Source: Nitrosopumilus sp.
GTDB taxonomy: Archaea; Thermoproteota; Nitrososphaeria; Nitrososphaerales; Nitrosopumilaceae
Length of the DNA: 64,000 bases
Assembly (NCBI GenBank): GCA_965224195.1
Contig: OZ245040.1
Span: 1,152,001-1,216,000 of the forward strand
Direction: 5' to 3'
The translations under genes were made by a program, and so were the position numbers. The notes under the pieces were generated by a model, which was not told where the DNA came from, searched no databases, and worked only from the letters and a program-made list of their open reading frames with translations. Below are positions 61,474 to 64,000 of this stretch, piece by piece; position 1 is the stretch's first letter, and each line of letters starts with the position of its first letter.

Positions 61474-62465
61474 TACTTTGTCGAACAAATAACAATCTGA
61501 TCAACTTTATTTCATAACAATAGCTTTGGATCTCACATTCTGACCATTCTCATGGTTAACTGGAATCAATACAATGAAAAACTAGTCAGAAGAGGCGAGA
61601 TCATAATGTCATTTGATGCTATTGATAACTGGCATAAAGAATTAGAGGTCATGAATCACAACAAAAGAGGTAGAAAGTTTGACTATCCTGATTCATTCAT
61701 GAAATTATTGGGTTATGCTAGAATCTATTTTGGATTACCATTCAGACAAACAGAAGGAATGATACGTGCATATTGTAATAGAGTTCCAGCAGTTCCTGAT
61801 TTCACATCAATCCACAAGAGAATAAACAAGCTTGACATCAAAACTGATGATTCCATTGGAGATAATAATGAAATCATTTTGGCAATTGACAGCACAGGAA
61901 TCAAGGTTGCAAACAGGGGCGAATGGATGAGACAGAAATGGCACATGAGGAGAGGATTTCTAAAAATCCATGTTGGTGCCGATGTCAAATCAAAGAAAAT
62001 AGTTTCACTGAAAATAACAGATGATTCATCCCATGATGCTGCACATCTGCCAGAACTGGTACAGCAGGCATCACAAAAAGGAAATGTAATCAAGGTTCTA
62101 GCTGATGGCGCATATGATTCAGAAAACAACTTCTCATATCTATATCACAACACAGATGCACTGCCTGCAATCAAAGTTAGAAAGACATCATCTCTCAAAA
62201 CAAAATGTTATCCGAGAAAGAAATCAGTCTTAGCTCAAATGTATAATTTGGATTTGTGGAAGCGCAGCGTCAGCTATGGGGACAGGTGGATTGTAGAGTG
62301 TGTGTTTTCAACATTCAAAAGGATGTTTGGTGAGTATGTCATGGCTCACAAAAGAAAATACATGGCAAAGGAATTAAAATTAAAAGTCGAGCTGTACAAT
62401 CTGTTTGCAGGTGCTTGAGGGAATGAAATCAAAAACTAGTTAGAAATGATTTGTTCGACAGAGTA
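61474..62465 (+). mobile_element. complete IS5-family (IS903-group-like) insertion sequence, 992 bp
   Basis: 17-bp TIRs TACTTTGTCGAACAAAT / TACTCTGTCGAACAAAT; 8-bp TSD CTTTTTTG at 61466-61473 and 62466-62473. Confidence 0.93.
61552..62418 (+). CDS. IS5-family DDE transposase
   Basis: NWNQYNEKLVRRGE, AIDSTG, ADGAYD, Y..RW.VE..FS..K. Confidence 0.96.
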   Translation: MVNWNQYNEKLVRRGEIIMSFDAIDNWHKELEVMNHNKRGRKFDYPDSFMKLLGYARIYFGLPFRQTEGMIRAYCNRVPAVPDFTSIHKRINKLDIKTDDSIGDNNEIILAIDSTGIKVANRGEWMRQKWHMRRGFLKIHVGADVKSKKIVSLKITDDSSHDAAHLPELVQQASQKGNVIKVLADGAYDSENNFSYLYHNTDALPAIKVRKTSSLKTKCYPRKKSVLAQMYNLDLWKRSVSYGDRWIVECVFSTFKRMFGEYVMAHKRKYMAKELKLKVELYNLFAGA

Positions 62466-62568
62466 CTTTTTTGAGTTCCGTTGTGACTAGAATTTAGTTT
62501 GATTTTAGTTTTTAGAAATTGATTTTTTTAGCTTTGTTATAATATCTTAATTCCAGGATTATTCTTTA

Positions 62569-64000
62569 TTATTCAGAAAGTGATTTTGTAAATTCTATTG
62601 ATTGCCTTTTCCACATAAAAACAACACATAATGCCACAAAGTAAATAGATATTCCTAAAATCATTGCATATGAAGAACCATACAGAATACCTATTACAAC
62701 TGACAAAACTGCACCAAGTACTGAAAATGAACCATTTATTGCCCACATCCAAGGAATACGTGTTGGTTCATGAGATTTTAACAGTCTCATTACTGTAGGT
62801 AATGGTATGCCCATTAGTAATCCGATTGGGAAAAGAATACCGACACTAAGCATTACTTTAATTTCAAATTCTTCTGCTATTACAGAGTAGATGATTTCAG
62901 GTAATACCATAACATATGAAATACCTATCACAAGTACTCCTGCTATAATTAATAACAGATTTCTAGTATTGTGTTGAATTAAACGAGTACTAATTTGACT
63001 GCCAACCCCACTTGCTATAAGAATAGTAAAAAGCAATATGGCAAAGGTAGTTGTAGGATTACCTAAAAGTAAAATGAATTTCTGTAATAATGCAAGTTCA
63101 ATTAAAATGAATCCTACTCCCAATGAAGAAAAATATAGAACTACACTCCAAGTTTTTAAATCTGTTTTTTCAGTATGTTGTTTCTTTAACCAAATCAATG
63201 GCCCCAAAATAAATACTAAAACAATAATCAAACTCGCGTAAACTAAAGACATGACAATTGTGGGAATGGGTTTCTCAAATGATAAAAAGAAGGGGCTATC
63301 ATCAGTTACAGGATGAACTTTTGTTGAAAATAGTGAATAGAACTCTTCATTTGTAATTTTGCCATTCAGATAGGCTGGATATGGTTCTAATGAAACTAAA
63401 TTAGGTACAAGAATTGGCTTGTATCCATTTTTAATGATTGAATCATACATGTATTGAGTTTCGTCACTGGTAAATGGAGATTTTGAAAAAATTGTCATTG
63501 TTACACTAGGATCTATTTCAACAGAATCCGAACTCACAATTATTAGATGTTTTTCTAAATCTGTAACTGCAATATCATTTTGTTGTAATATTTCAGCAAA
63601 TGTAGTTACAAATCTTGGTGAATCAATTAGCCATCTAACTGTAATTATCTTACCGTCTTCTTCTAAATGATCATAATATTCTTGAAATCCTTCAACTGTG
63701 TACAGGAAGTTTTCAGATACACCTAAACCACCAGAAGATACAGATGCCCAGGTATCGACAAATGGAATGTAAATAATATCAAACTTTTCATCTGAACGTG
63801 AAACAAAACTTCGTCCTTCATCTACGTGTGCACTGACAAACGGATGCGTATACAGATTACCTGCTTTATCGCCATAACTTTTGACAGTATCAAAAATTAT
63901 GGGATTTATTTCTACTGTGGTGACATCTTGACTTCCGCTTACAAGTGATGCAACAACATCTCGTCCACCTCCAGATCCAATTATCAGCACTTTGGGATTT
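62569..64000 (-). CDS. membrane-fused spermidine-synthase-like SAM-dependent transferase (5' end outside window)
   Basis: LIIGSGGGRD, VEINP, DEGRSF, NFLYTVE, TDDSPF, C-terminal TM bundle with WAING.FSV. Confidence 0.85.
   Translation of the reverse strand, partial: NPKVLIIGSGGGRDVVASLVSGSQDVTTVEINPIIFDTVKSYGDKAGNLYTHPFVSAHVDEGRSFVSRSDEKFDIIYIPFVDTWASVSSGGLGVSENFLYTVEGFQEYYDHLEEDGKIITVRWLIDSPRFVTTFAEILQQNDIAVTDLEKHLIIVSSDSVEIDPSVTMTIFSKSPFTSDETQYMYDSIIKNGYKPILVPNLVSLEPYPAYLNGKITNEEFYSLFSTKVHPVTDDSPFFLSFEKPIPTIVMSLVYASLIIVLVFILGPLIWLKKQHTEKTDLKTWSVVLYFSSLGVGFILIELALLQKFILLLGNPTTTFAILLFTILIASGVGSQISTRLIQHNTRNLLLIIAGVLVIGISYVMVLPEIIYSVIAEEFEIKVMLSVGILFPIGLLMGIPLPTVMRLLKSHEPTRIPWMWAINGSFSVLGAVLSVVIGILYGSSYAMILGISIYFVALCVVFMWKRQSIEFTKSLSE

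Noticed and set aside
1-64000. Intact tRNA or rRNA genes
   Set aside because: None seen by eye; only the 18-bp tRNA 3' fragment at 61434-61451

Overview
AT-rich archaeal chromosome window. Gene content and protein families (aEF-2, futalosine-pathway mqnE/mqnD, ubiX, purP/purS/purQ/purL/purF, tatA/tatC, PEFG-CTERM cupredoxin, many Lrp/wHTH and Zn-finger microproteins) point to an ammonia-oxidising thaumarchaeon, probably Nitrosopumilus-like (inference). Three accessory zones interrupt the housekeeping backbone. (1) About 4.1-11.8 kb is a decayed, probably virus-derived patch: truncated RecB/Cas4-type exonuclease, an inverted duplicate Zn-finger gene, surface proteins, a 39-35-39 bp repeat-spacer-repeat, GNAT and ATP-grasp relics, and a tiny hydrophobic peptide gene. 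(2) About 15.7-27.1 kb, directly after aEF-2, is a candidate defence island: divergent RHH-type large protein, PIN, OB-fold, ParB-like, SNF2 ATPase, DUF3883-like nuclease, amino-MTase, an active/degenerate pair of Holliday-resolvase-like nucleases, a GHKL-ATPase/zincin fusion and a RusA-like gene. I cannot match it to a named system and it is the best candidate for an undescribed one. (3) From about 61.4 kb a tRNA-Ala 3' fragment (likely att site) is followed by a complete IS5/IS903-group element with TIRs and an 8-bp TSD. Also notable: a compact stand-alone structured RNA candidate at 47.2 kb, a perfect 16 x 21-bp coding tandem repeat, and many microprotein ORFs below the ORF-track cutoff. 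Frameshifts are frequent in accessory genes but absent from the core genes I could recognise, so some pseudogene calls may be sequencing artefacts. All family calls come from motif recognition by eye; no database search was run.
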